From: a bacterium
GTDB lineage: Bacteria > Omnitrophota > Gorgyraeia > Gygaellales > UBA12090
Length of the DNA stretch: 40,605 bases
Assembly (NCBI GenBank): GCA_004299495.1
Contig: SCPY01000069.1
Location: forward strand, 1 to 40,605
Direction of reading: 5' to 3'
Position 1 is the first letter of the stretch; every line of letters begins with the position of its first letter. Below are positions 17,067 to 25,235 of the stretch, piece by piece. Below the pieces are notes generated by a model. It was not told where the DNA came from. It saw nothing but the letters and a program-made list of their open reading frames with translations, and ran no database searches. The position numbers and the translations under genes are program-made.

Positions 17067-17624
17067 ATGGGCAAGAAAAAAGGTTTTACCTTAATTGAAT
17101 TGATGGTGGTTATTGCCATCATCGCGGTGTTGGCCGCGGTGGTTGCTCCACAGGTTTTCAGGCAGGTGGCTAAAGGAAGGGCGGCTTCCGTAGAATCATT
17201 TTATAATTCGGTGAAAACCGCCGCAACCGGTTATTTCTCTGATACAAGCGTGTGGCCGGTAAGCTGTACCCAGATTACCTGTAATACTAATGCTGGTGTA
17301 AATGGCGGCTTTGTGCAACCCGCAACCGGAAACCCTAATTGGGATGGACCGTATATTGACAGGTGGCCAGGCGCGAACGCAAATCCTTTTGCGGGTAACT
17401 ATCAATGGACCAACGCCGCCGCCGGAGCGTGTTTTGGCGCCGCCGCCGGAGAAAGGTTTATTACCATAACTAACGTCGCACAGCTTGCGGACCGACAAAG
17501 AATTGACATAGCCATAGACGGAGGAACTACCAGCGGAACCGCCGGTAAGGTGCGCTATGGCAGCGGCTGCTTTGGAGGCGCCAACGTAGGAATTGTCGTT
17601 TCCCGCGATGGAGCTATAAACTAA
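17067..17624 (+). CDS. Major type IV pilin / pseudopilin (prepilin N-terminal cleavage-methylation domain)
   Basis: MGKKKG|FTLIELMVVIAIIAVLAAV. Own promoter and terminator. Several Cys pairs in the C-terminal half. Confidence 0.88.
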   Translation: MGKKKGFTLIELMVVIAIIAVLAAVVAPQVFRQVAKGRAASVESFYNSVKTAATGYFSDTSVWPVSCTQITCNTNAGVNGGFVQPATGNPNWDGPYIDRWPGANANPFAGNYQWTNAAAGACFGAAAGERFITITNVAQLADRQRIDIAIDGGTTSGTAGKVRYGSGCFGGANVGIVVSRDGAIN

Positions 17625-17662
17625 AAAGTCGCGGTTATAGTCTTTAAAATCGCGTTTATAAT

Positions 17663-17710
17663 GAAACCCCTCTTTTCACTTAACGATAATATGAAAAGAG
17701 GGGTTTTCTT
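17663..17710 (+). terminator. Intrinsic terminator after the major pilin gene
   Basis: 16-bp stem GAAACCCCTCTTTTCA / TGAAAAGAGGGGTTTC, followed by a short T-containing tail (TTCTT). Confidence 0.8.
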
Positions 17711-17724
17711 ATGCTGGGACGTTA

Positions 17725-17753
17725 TTGTAAATGGCCGCGGGTTATGCTATACT
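17725..17753 (+). promoter_or_regulatory. Candidate promoter for the minor-pilin operon
   Basis: TTGTAA (17725-17730), 17-nt spacer, TATACT (17748-17753), only 7 nt before the ATG at 17761. Confidence 0.35.
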
Positions 17754-17760
17754 AAATTTT

Positions 17761-18228
17761 ATGCCGCATCATCCAGTTTCTCGCGCGAAAGGTTTTACCC
17801 TCATTGAACTTATCGCGGTTATCGCCATTGTTGCTGTGGTATCCGGTATGTCCCTGGCGTCTTTCTCAACTTTAACCGGAGACCGGCTTACCGCTAATGC
17901 CCGAAAAATCGTCAGCGATCTCTGCTGGGCGAGGCAATTAGCCGCCGCCAAACACAGAAATCATATCGTGGTTTTTGATACCGCCGCGGAAAGCTATGTT
18001 ATCTACGATGATCTTGACGCGGACGCCTCTGCCGACCCGAGTGAAGAAATTAAGGAACAAATCTTAACTACAGGCATTGACCTGGTTTCAGTAACTCCTC
18101 CTACGGCCCAGCTTACCTTTGGCTTTCCTCTGGGCACAACCCAAACCAAAACCATCACCTTAAGTTCTCAAGGAAAAATAAGGGCCGTGGTAACTTTTGC
18201 TAACACAGGATATGTGCGGATACAGTAA
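17761..18228 (+). CDS. Minor pilin, GspH/FimT-like
   Basis: Leader MPHHPVSRAKG|FTLIELIAVIAIVAVV. The start at 17761 is preferred over 17731, which lies inside the candidate promoter. Confidence 0.7.
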   Translation: MPHHPVSRAKGFTLIELIAVIAIVAVVSGMSLASFSTLTGDRLTANARKIVSDLCWARQLAAAKHRNHIVVFDTAAESYVIYDDLDADASADPSEEIKEQILTTGIDLVSVTPPTAQLTFGFPLGTTQTKTITLSSQGKIRAVVTFANTGYVRIQ

Positions 18229-18646
18229 ATTCGCTGCGCACAACAAAAAAAGCTTTAGCCTCATTGAGGTCGCGGTGGCAATCGCGCTTTTGGCCCTGGT
18301 TTTCGGCGGGGCACTCGCGGTCTTTAGCCAGGGGGCCGTTGCTTCCAGAAAAACCCAGCAGCAGGCTGTGGCATATAGCTTGGCCCGGGCTTTTTTAGAG
18401 CAGCATTCCGACTGGAATAGCTTAGATATTCTCGATGGCAGCTTAGATGGCGCGGTAACAAATAGTACTTATGCAAATCCGCCCGCGCCGGCTGCTATTA
18501 ATAATATACTATACACGCCTTCGCTTGCGGTGTCGGACGGCCCGATTAACCCAACACAGCTTAAGCGCCTCGATATAACCATATCCTGGATGGATGGCGC
18601 TATTGCCAGAAACATCACCATTGCCACACTAAAGGCAAATTATTAA
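18212..18646 (+). CDS. Minor pilin, PilV/GspI-like, atypical Ser at position -1
   Basis: HNKKS|FSLIEVAVAIALLALVFGG. Start is ambiguous (18197 or 18212). Overlaps the previous gene. Confidence 0.6.
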   Translation: MCGYSKFAAHNKKSFSLIEVAVAIALLALVFGGALAVFSQGAVASRKTQQQAVAYSLARAFLEQHSDWNSLDILDGSLDGAVTNSTYANPPAPAAINNILYTPSLAVSDGPINPTQLKRLDITISWMDGAIARNITIATLKANY

Positions 18647-18704
18647 TCTATGAAAGCTTGCCGATATAGCGATACCCCGATAGAGACTGCAGGGCACCTC
18701 TAAT

Positions 18705-19388
18705 ATGAAAAATAATCTTACAGCGTATAGTAAAAGCAAAAATTTTTTTTACTCTTTCCTATCCGCTATCCGCTATCCGCTATCCGCTAAAGATGGGTTT
18801 ACTTTGCTTGAAGTAATAGTAGCCATTGCCGTCTTTGCCTTAATCGTAGCCGCGGCCGCGGGAACCTTTGCCACAATCCAAGCGGCCTGGCGAAAACAGA
18901 GAAACACCATAGACCTGGCGCAAAACGCGCGCTGGGCAATGGAGCGCCTGGCAAATGAAATAAGACACACTACTGCCGGCGGAGGTTGGGGCGATATCAC
19001 AATTCTGGCGGGAGGCAGAGGGGTGCGACTTGGAATAGATGCCGATGGCGATAGCGTTGTAGACACGCGCGTGGTGTTCTGGCGCGGAAATACCGCCTCT
19101 GACACAACAGGCCAGGGGCACCAGAATTATCTTTATAGGGGCATTGGGAATAATATTGCTCCGGCCTATCCTACACGCCAGCAATTAGCCAATTTTATTG
19201 TGAACAATCCTGATTTAGTAAATAATGCAACCGGCCTGCCTCCATCCGACGGCGCGATTGACCCGGTTTTTATTCTTAATGGCGGCTTGCTCAATATAGA
19301 GTTAACCGTCAGGCCAAGGCCGACTGCGGCTGTAGGCAGGGAAAACCGCGACTATACCTTAATGACGCGAGTAAGGGTGAGGAATTAA
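18705..19388 (+). CDS. Minor pilin, PilW/GspJ-like, with a long 30-aa leader
   Basis: AKDG|FTLLEVIVAIAVFALIVAAAAG; 227 aa. The leader coding region contains a T8 run and a 7-nt tandem repeat. Confidence 0.65.
   Translation: MKNNLTAYSKSKNFFYSFLSAIRYPLSAKDGFTLLEVIVAIAVFALIVAAAAGTFATIQAAWRKQRNTIDLAQNARWAMERLANEIRHTTAGGGWGDITILAGGRGVRLGIDADGDSVVDTRVVFWRGNTASDTTGQGHQNYLYRGIGNNIAPAYPTRQQLANFIVNNPDLVNNATGLPPSDGAIDPVFILNGGLLNIELTVRPRPTAAVGRENRDYTLMTRVRVRN
18759..18789 (+). repeat. Heptanucleotide tandem repeat (CTATCCG x4.4) inside the minor pilin leader coding region
   Basis: Units at 18759-65, 18766-72, 18773-79 and 18780-86, plus a partial unit. Preceded by a T8 run at 18743-18750. Confidence 0.9.
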
Positions 19389-19390
19389 TC

Positions 19391-19888
19391 GTGCGATTGC
19401 GCGCTAAAAAATCTCAGGCCCGCCTGGCTTCAGTCGGGCAGGCAATGCTTTTCGCCCTCTTTATTTTAGCGGTCTTTGGTGCGCTCTCCGCGGGCTTGGC
19501 GGCAATGTGGGAGTCCGAGATGCGCACCCGCGCCTCGGACCGGGACAGCTTAATCGCCTTGTATCTAACACAGGCTGGGATTGAGCGGGCAAAGATGCTG
19601 GTTCTTAGCGGTTACTGGGCTCCGGGAACCTATACTATCGCAAGCCAGAACGGCCTGGATGTTGCCGGCGATAATTATCAATTCCTCTACGACATAGGCA
19701 TAACCAACAGCGGCGGAACAGCCAGAACGCTCATAGGCACCGGCAGGGTTCTGGATTTATCCGGCAACGAGCTTGCGCGCAGGGAAATTCAAATAACTGT
19801 AAATGGAATATCTGACATCCTTCCTCTTGACGGATTGGATGATAATATGTCCGGCTCACCTCAAGCCTGGAGCTGGCGCGAAATATAA
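19391..19888 (+). CDS. PilX/GspK-like minor pilus component
   Basis: GTG start with a GAGGAA RBS. Hydrophobic N-terminal helix without a G|F cleavage motif. Position after the PilW-like gene. Confidence 0.5.
   Translation: MRLRAKKSQARLASVGQAMLFALFILAVFGALSAGLAAMWESEMRTRASDRDSLIALYLTQAGIERAKMLVLSGYWAPGTYTIASQNGLDVAGDNYQFLYDIGITNSGGTARTLIGTGRVLDLSGNELARREIQITVNGISDILPLDGLDDNMSGSPQAWSWREI
19415..19443. repeat. 29-bp hairpin-forming repeat, copy 1, in-frame in the pilX-like gene
   Basis: CAGGCCCGCCTGGCTTCAGTCGGGCAGGC, identical to 30014-30042; translated [10 protein letters not shown]. Confidence 0.9.
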
Positions 19889-19890
19889 CT

Positions 19891-21105
19891 ATGCAAAACT
19901 TTCTCTATAAAGCCCGGGATAATTTCGGCAAGGAGGTCCGCGGCACCATGATGGCGGACGGCGAAGCGGAGCTGGCGAATAAAATCTCTAATCTGGGTTA
20001 TTATCTTGTCCGCTATAAGGAAATAAGCGAAGCGCAGCAGCTTAAGGGCAGTAAAAAAGTTGCCCGGCTAAAAACCCCGGACCTGCTTAATTTTACAATA
20101 CACCTGGCTACGCTTATTGACTCCGGAGTCCCCTTGGCCGCGGCCTTACGCGAGTTGGCACAGGATGAAACCAAGGAAAATCTGCAGAAAATTATCGACG
20201 ATGTGCGCTATCGCGTGGAGGCCGGCTCTTCCTTAAAAGAGGCCCTTGCCTCGTCCCCGCGTTCTTTTCCTAAGCTATACACCGCGATAGTGGGCGCGGG
20301 AGAATCCACCGGCAAGCTTCCCGTCTGCCTGAATGAATTAGCCAGGCTTATTGACTGGCAATTAGAGTTGGGGGCAAAGGTAAGGGAGGCCGCTACTTAT
20401 CCGGTAATCCTTTTCTGCGTGATGCTGGGAGTAGTAACGCTTTTGATGGTAAAGATGATCCCCACCTTTAAGCCGATATTCAAAGAAATGAACATCCAGC
20501 TTCCCGGGCCCACCCAGTTTGTATTGAATGTGAGCGATTTTGTGCTCAACTGGTGGTGGATGATATTGGGGGCCGCGGTTTTATTGGTTGCCGGATATAT
20601 CGCCTATAACGCCACAGCCGGAGGCAGATACAGAATAGATAGCGTAAAGCTGCGCCTGCCCGTCCTGGGGGGCCTGCTGCGCAAAATTGCCCTCTCCAGG
20701 TTTTGCCACACCTTTGCCCTGGGGTTAAAATCCGGAGTCAATATTCTAACGGCTTTGGATTTGGCCAGCGAAGTGGTGGACAATGTCCGCATCAGGCGCT
20801 CTGTGGTAAAAGCCAGGGATTCCGTGAATGTGGGAGAAAAACTCGGCACGGCTTTTCAGGTGTCGGGCGAGTTTCCTCCGCTGGTAGTGCGCATGATTAC
20901 CGTGGGCGAGCAGTCCGGCTCGCTTCCCCAGACCCTGGATAAAGTCACCATTTTCTACGACCGGGAGGTCCCCTCTGCCATCAGGAAAATGTTTTCCCTT
21001 TTTGAGCCGGTGACAATCGTGTTCATGGCGGCGGTCGTAGGAGGAATTGCCGTGGCAATTTTCCTGCCCATGTTCAAAATAGCCGACGTTATCGGCGGAG
21101 GATAA
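19891..21105 (+). CDS. pilC: PilC/GspF-family platform protein
   Basis: 404 aa. N-terminus MQNFLYKARDNFGKEVRGTMMA; duplicated T2SSF domains; three TM segments. Confidence 0.88.
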   Translation: MQNFLYKARDNFGKEVRGTMMADGEAELANKISNLGYYLVRYKEISEAQQLKGSKKVARLKTPDLLNFTIHLATLIDSGVPLAAALRELAQDETKENLQKIIDDVRYRVEAGSSLKEALASSPRSFPKLYTAIVGAGESTGKLPVCLNELARLIDWQLELGAKVREAATYPVILFCVMLGVVTLLMVKMIPTFKPIFKEMNIQLPGPTQFVLNVSDFVLNWWWMILGAAVLLVAGYIAYNATAGGRYRIDSVKLRLPVLGGLLRKIALSRFCHTFALGLKSGVNILTALDLASEVVDNVRIRRSVVKARDSVNVGEKLGTAFQVSGEFPPLVVRMITVGEQSGSLPQTLDKVTIFYDREVPSAIRKMFSLFEPVTIVFMAAVVGGIAVAIFLPMFKIADVIGGG

Positions 21106-21114
21106 AGGCGCCTT

Positions 21115-22986
21115 ATGTCAACCTTTATAGGTATAGATATCGGCAGCCGCTATACGAAGGTGGTAGAGTTGGAGCATAGGCCTCAGGCCAAAGGGCTGCT
21201 GAATTGTTTTCTCTTTGCCACGCCATATTCTGCCCAGCCCCAACCGGGGCCAAGGCAGGTAGACCCGAAGCCTTTCTGGGATGAAATAACCCGCCGCGTT
21301 CCCTGGGAAAGGATAAAATCCGCCCGCGTCGGCGTAAGCCTTCCCGCGAACTCGGTAATGGCAACCACCCTGCTGGTTCCCCGGGTGGCTAAAAATGAAT
21401 TGCCTGTTGTGGCGCAAAACGAGGCAAGAAGAAAAATGATCCCCGCGTCAACGCCCGAGCATATCTTTGAAAGCTCGCTTGTGGGCGTGCGCATCGTAGC
21501 CAAGATCCCCCGCTTTGAGGTCCTGGTAATACGCTCGGAAAAACATTATGTCCGCCGGGTTTTAGAGCTTTTTAAACATGCCGGCACAAGCCCTTCGTCA
21601 ATCGCGCTTGCCCCCTGCGCCCTTTTTACGCTGGCTCCCGAAGAGGTTCTTAAAAAACAGGACGTAGACACCGCGTTTGTGGATATTGGCTTGCAATCCG
21701 TCAATACTTCTATAACCCGGGAAGGAAAGCTGGCATTTTTTAGAAACTCCTCTTATGGCCTCCAGGATATCATTCAGGACCTGTCCTTACGCCTGGGAAG
21801 GGCGGAGCCGGAGGTTGAGGAGATCATTAAAGAAATGGGGATCGTTGAGGTTGATTTTGATTTAAAAGACAAGGTGGCGGTTGCCGAAGAAATAATGCGC
21901 CAGAAGTATGAGGCGAGCCTAAAAAACCAAGGCGCTTCCCAGAAAGAGGAAATTAATCTTTTGGAGCTGCGCCTCCTCTGGCAGGCGCATATTGACCGGA
22001 TTGTTCACGAATTGCGGCGTTCCTTGAGCTATTACAAAGAACAGTCCGAAGGCCGCCGGGTAGAATATATCTACTTTTTGGGCGGCGGATGCCAGATAAA
22101 GAACCTGGTGAGCCTCTTAATGAAACAGGTGGGCGGCCAGGGAGAATCCATGCTCCCCCTTAAAGGCCTCAATCCGCCCCAGGGCAGCCCTGCCCAAGAC
22201 GCCAATTCCACCCCCATATTCAGCAACGCCTGCGCCCTCGCGCTTGGGCTTTCCCTTAAAGATAAGGGGGCCGCTATCATTAACTTTCTCCCTTGGGAGC
22301 TCAAAAAAAAAGAGGCGCTTGCCGCCAGGCGCCTGATTATCCTGTCGGTAAAATTTATTCTGGTTTTTCTCTTCAGCGCGACTTCCCTGGCGGCCTTTAT
22401 CAATAACCGCTCGGTAAGGTCCGCGATAAAAAAAGTGGACAGCGGCCTTGCTGAAGTCAAAAGCATTGCCGATGCCCTGAAAAACTTAAACCAGCGCGAT
22501 AAAAAAGTTAAGCTGGAATCAAGCCTGATTCAGCTCCTGATAGACGGACGCCCTGACCTTGGCGCGGTGCTTACGCGACTGGTAAAAGCTGTCCCGCAAG
22601 AAGTTTTACTGACGAGCGTCGTTATTGCTAAAGCCGGGCCTTCGGCCTATGCCGAGGCGCCGGAGGCAGCCGGCATCACGGAAGACGCCGAAGCAGGCGC
22701 CGAGGGCCCCGAGGCTTCCGGCGGTCAGGCGCCCCAGGAGGCATACGCGGCTATGAGCGCGCTAAGCGTGGAAATAAAAGCGGAGGTCTTCGCCGACTAC
22801 GAAACCGCGCTGGCCGTTGTCGCGCGGGTGCGCGAGAACTTAGAGGGCCCTCCCGCTCAGTTTAGAAATGTGCGGGCATCTTCCCTGGAGTTAGAGAAAA
22901 TTTCTCCCCTGTCTGCGGACAAAGCACTTCCCCTGACTCTGCCGATGAAAAGAAGCTTTACCGTCACCGCGGAGATCGCGCGATGA
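21115..22986 (+). CDS. PilM-PilN fusion protein with an acidic Ala/Glu/Gly-rich insertion in the PilN-like periplasmic part
   Basis: Actin-like ATPase start FIGIDIGSRYTKVVEL and YIYFLGGGCQIKNL. Then INFLPWELKKKE plus a TM helix (PilN signature). Then a low-complexity stretch AEAPEAAGITEDAEAGAEGPEASGGQAPQE. Confidence 0.7.
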   Translation: MSTFIGIDIGSRYTKVVELEHRPQAKGLLNCFLFATPYSAQPQPGPRQVDPKPFWDEITRRVPWERIKSARVGVSLPANSVMATTLLVPRVAKNELPVVAQNEARRKMIPASTPEHIFESSLVGVRIVAKIPRFEVLVIRSEKHYVRRVLELFKHAGTSPSSIALAPCALFTLAPEEVLKKQDVDTAFVDIGLQSVNTSITREGKLAFFRNSSYGLQDIIQDLSLRLGRAEPEVEEIIKEMGIVEVDFDLKDKVAVAEEIMRQKYEASLKNQGASQKEEINLLELRLLWQAHIDRIVHELRRSLSYYKEQSEGRRVEYIYFLGGGCQIKNLVSLLMKQVGGQGESMLPLKGLNPPQGSPAQDANSTPIFSNACALALGLSLKDKGAAIINFLPWELKKKEALAARRLIILSVKFILVFLFSATSLAAFINNRSVRSAIKKVDSGLAEVKSIADALKNLNQRDKKVKLESSLIQLLIDGRPDLGAVLTRLVKAVPQEVLLTSVVIAKAGPSAYAEAPEAAGITEDAEAGAEGPEASGGQAPQEAYAAMSALSVEIKAEVFADYETALAVVARVRENLEGPPAQFRNVRASSLELEKISPLSADKALPLTLPMKRSFTVTAEIAR

Positions 22987-23564
22987 AAATAGAAATCAAC
23001 AATAACCCGTTTTTCGCGAAAAACGCGATAGCGTTTTCTGTTATCGCTTTACTTTTCGCCTGCTTCTTGTGGCAGATAAGGGCAAATATCTCGCTGAAGC
23101 AGGAGCTCAATACAAAAAAGGATGAATTTAAAGAAGCCAAATCCGCGAGCAGACGCTTAAAAAAACTGCAGCAACAGATTCAAGGGCTGGAAGGGCGGGA
23201 GAAAACCGTAAACAGCATGGTCCCCCGCAACGAACAGCAGCCCCTGGGCCTGGTAAGAACGCTTAGCGGCCTTGCCGCGGACACCGGGCTTAAAAACGCG
23301 GCTTTTACGATAAAAGAGGGTAAGGCCGCCCCCTCTGGCGCGCAGGCAATGGAGACTCCCCTTCCCGCGGGGATAGGCTCCCTGCGCGTTGAAATGAGCT
23401 TTGAGTCCGCGCTGTCGCAGGCGCTTGATTTTTTGAAAAGGGCAGCCAGCATTGAGCGCGTAGTGGCGGTAGAAAAGGTCAAGATCGAGCGCAAAAAAGA
23501 AATCTTACCCCACCAAAAGGTAACGCTTGAGCTAGTTGCTTACACGTTCTCCGGTGAGAACTAA
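22983..23564 (+). CDS. PilO-like bitopic protein
   Basis: TM helix, then coiled-coil (KDEFKEAKSASRRLKKLQQQIQGLE), then a C-terminal alpha/beta domain. Start overlaps the PilMN stop (ATGA). Confidence 0.5.
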   Translation: MKIEINNNPFFAKNAIAFSVIALLFACFLWQIRANISLKQELNTKKDEFKEAKSASRRLKKLQQQIQGLEGREKTVNSMVPRNEQQPLGLVRTLSGLAADTGLKNAAFTIKEGKAAPSGAQAMETPLPAGIGSLRVEMSFESALSQALDFLKRAASIERVVAVEKVKIERKKEILPHQKVTLELVAYTFSGEN

Positions 23565-23573
23565 AATTTTTGC

Positions 23574-23601
23574 TTGCAAAGGGTTTTGGCTTTGTTATAA
23601 T
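23574..23601 (+). promoter_or_regulatory. Candidate dnaA promoter
   Basis: TTGCAA (23574-23579), 16-nt spacer, TATAAT (23596-23601). Confidence 0.45.
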
Positions 23602-23692
23602 ATAAACGCTATCTACCCGATATTCGGTGTTTATAATCCTCTTATAGAAATATATCGAAATTTAGCGAACGCGCGATTTTTTTGTCTCTCCG

Positions 23693-23716
23693 CGCCCCCG
23701 CCTTAAGGCGGGGGCG
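23693..23716. repeat. GC-rich perfect palindrome in the dnaA 5' region
   Basis: CGCCCCCGCC-TTAA-GGCGGGGGCG. Immediately followed by TGTGGAAAA (23717-23725), one mismatch from the reverse DnaA box TGTGGATAA. Confidence 0.6.
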
Positions 23717-23746
23717 TGTGGAAAAGCTGTGTAAATTGTAGAAACG

Positions 23747-25075
23747 ATGAATTTGCTTGAATCCTGGACGCAAGCCAAAGGCCTTCTTTTAGAAAATATC
23801 GGTAAGCCCTCTTACGAGGCCTGGATTAACCGCCTCAGCGCTCACGAAAACTCTCCCGGCGTCCTGTGCCTAAGCGCCCCCGATGAATTCTCCAAAGAAT
23901 GGGTGCGCGCGCACTACTCCGGAACAATAGAAAGCATCCTCAAAGACGTAACCAGAAGGCCTGTCAGGATAGAATTCTCCATTCAGGAGGAGGCGCCGCC
24001 AAACACAGCCGCTTTACCCGCGGCCGGCAGCCATCCCGAAAAAACTGCAGCCTCACCCGGCTTAAACCCCCGCTATACCTTTAACAATTTCGTGGTTGGC
24101 CCGTCCAACCGATTTTCCCATGCCGCCGCGATGGCGGTAAGCGAATCCCCGGCCAAGGTGTATAACCCGCTTTTTATTTACGGCGGCGTGGGCCTGGGGA
24201 AAACACACCTGATGCAGGCAATCTGCCACGCGATTCTGGAGCGCGGGGGCCGCGGCGTAAAAATATGCTATATCCCGTCGGAAAAATTCACCAACGAGCT
24301 TATTGACGCCATACAGCACCACTCCACCGCGCGCTTCCGGCAAAAATACCGCGGGGTGGATGTTCTGGTGATTGACGATGTGCATTTTATCGCCGGGAAA
24401 GAATCCACCCAGGAGGAGTTTTTTCACACCTTCAACACGCTCTACGACGCCCATAAACAAATTATCATCTCTTCGGACCGCATCCCCAAAGACATCTCAA
24501 ACCTGGAGGACCGGCTGGTGTCGCGCTTTGAGTGGGGGTTGGTTACCGACATACAGCCGCCGGACTTTGAGACACGGGTCGCGATCCTCAAGAAAAAAAT
24601 AGAACATGAGCCCACCCCTATTCCTAACGACGTTCTCTTTTTTATCGCCCAGTCGGTTAAAACAAATATCCGCGAATTGGAGGGGGCGCTAATCCGTGTT
24701 TTGGCGTATTCTCTCCTGGAAAACAAACCCATCAGCCTGGAATTAACCAGAGAGGTGTTAAAAGATTTTGTAAAAGAAAATAATAAAACTATCGGCATTG
24801 ACTTAATCCAAAAAGAGGTGGGGGCCTTTTTTAATCTCGCCCAGTCTGAAATAAAGGGCAGCCGGCGGGGCAGGAATGTGGTTTTCGCGCGCCAAGTGGC
24901 GATGTATCTATCGCGGGAGCTGACAGATTTTTCCCTGCCTGAAATCGGGGGATTTTTTGGCGGCAAGGACCACACCACGGTGCTGCACTCGTATAATAAA
25001 ATTAAGTCCGGGTTAGTTAAGGACATAAAGATGAAGGCGGATATAGAGAGAATTATCCAGAATATTAAACAATGA
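23747..25075 (+). CDS. dnaA: Chromosomal replication initiator DnaA
   Basis: YTFNNFVVGPSNRF, Walker A GGVGLGKTHL, VLVIDDVHF, and C-terminal domain IV (FGGKDHTTVLHSYNKI). Confidence 0.95.
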   Translation: MNLLESWTQAKGLLLENIGKPSYEAWINRLSAHENSPGVLCLSAPDEFSKEWVRAHYSGTIESILKDVTRRPVRIEFSIQEEAPPNTAALPAAGSHPEKTAASPGLNPRYTFNNFVVGPSNRFSHAAAMAVSESPAKVYNPLFIYGGVGLGKTHLMQAICHAILERGGRGVKICYIPSEKFTNELIDAIQHHSTARFRQKYRGVDVLVIDDVHFIAGKESTQEEFFHTFNTLYDAHKQIIISSDRIPKDISNLEDRLVSRFEWGLVTDIQPPDFETRVAILKKKIEHEPTPIPNDVLFFIAQSVKTNIRELEGALIRVLAYSLLENKPISLELTREVLKDFVKENNKTIGIDLIQKEVGAFFNLAQSEIKGSRRGRNVVFARQVAMYLSRELTDFSLPEIGGFFGGKDHTTVLHSYNKIKSGLVKDIKMKADIERIIQNIKQ

Positions 25076-25089
25076 ATCCACAGGTTATT

Positions 25090-25235
25090 CAACTTTTCAT
25101 TAAAGCTTGGCTGGTTAAAAATAAGCGTAATACCTGTAATATATTTAAACTTTCAACAGAAATAAAAACCCCTACTACTAATACTATTTAAGATACTTAT
25201 AAAAATAATTAATAGTAGTAAAATAAAAGGGAAAA
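25090..25235. other. AT-rich dnaA-dnaN intergenic region, candidate DNA unwinding element / part of oriC
   Basis: Visibly AT-rich (runs such as AAATAAAAACCCCTACTACTAATACTATTTAAGATACTTATAAAAATAATTAATAG). Only degenerate DnaA-box-like sites are present (GAATCCACA at the dnaA stop). Confidence 0.35.

Noticed and set aside
24442-25092. 216-aa minus-strand ORF antisense to dnaA
   Set aside because: It overlaps the conserved DnaA AAA+ and domain IV coding region. The sequence is low-complexity Ser/Arg/Leu-rich, which indicates a shadow ORF.
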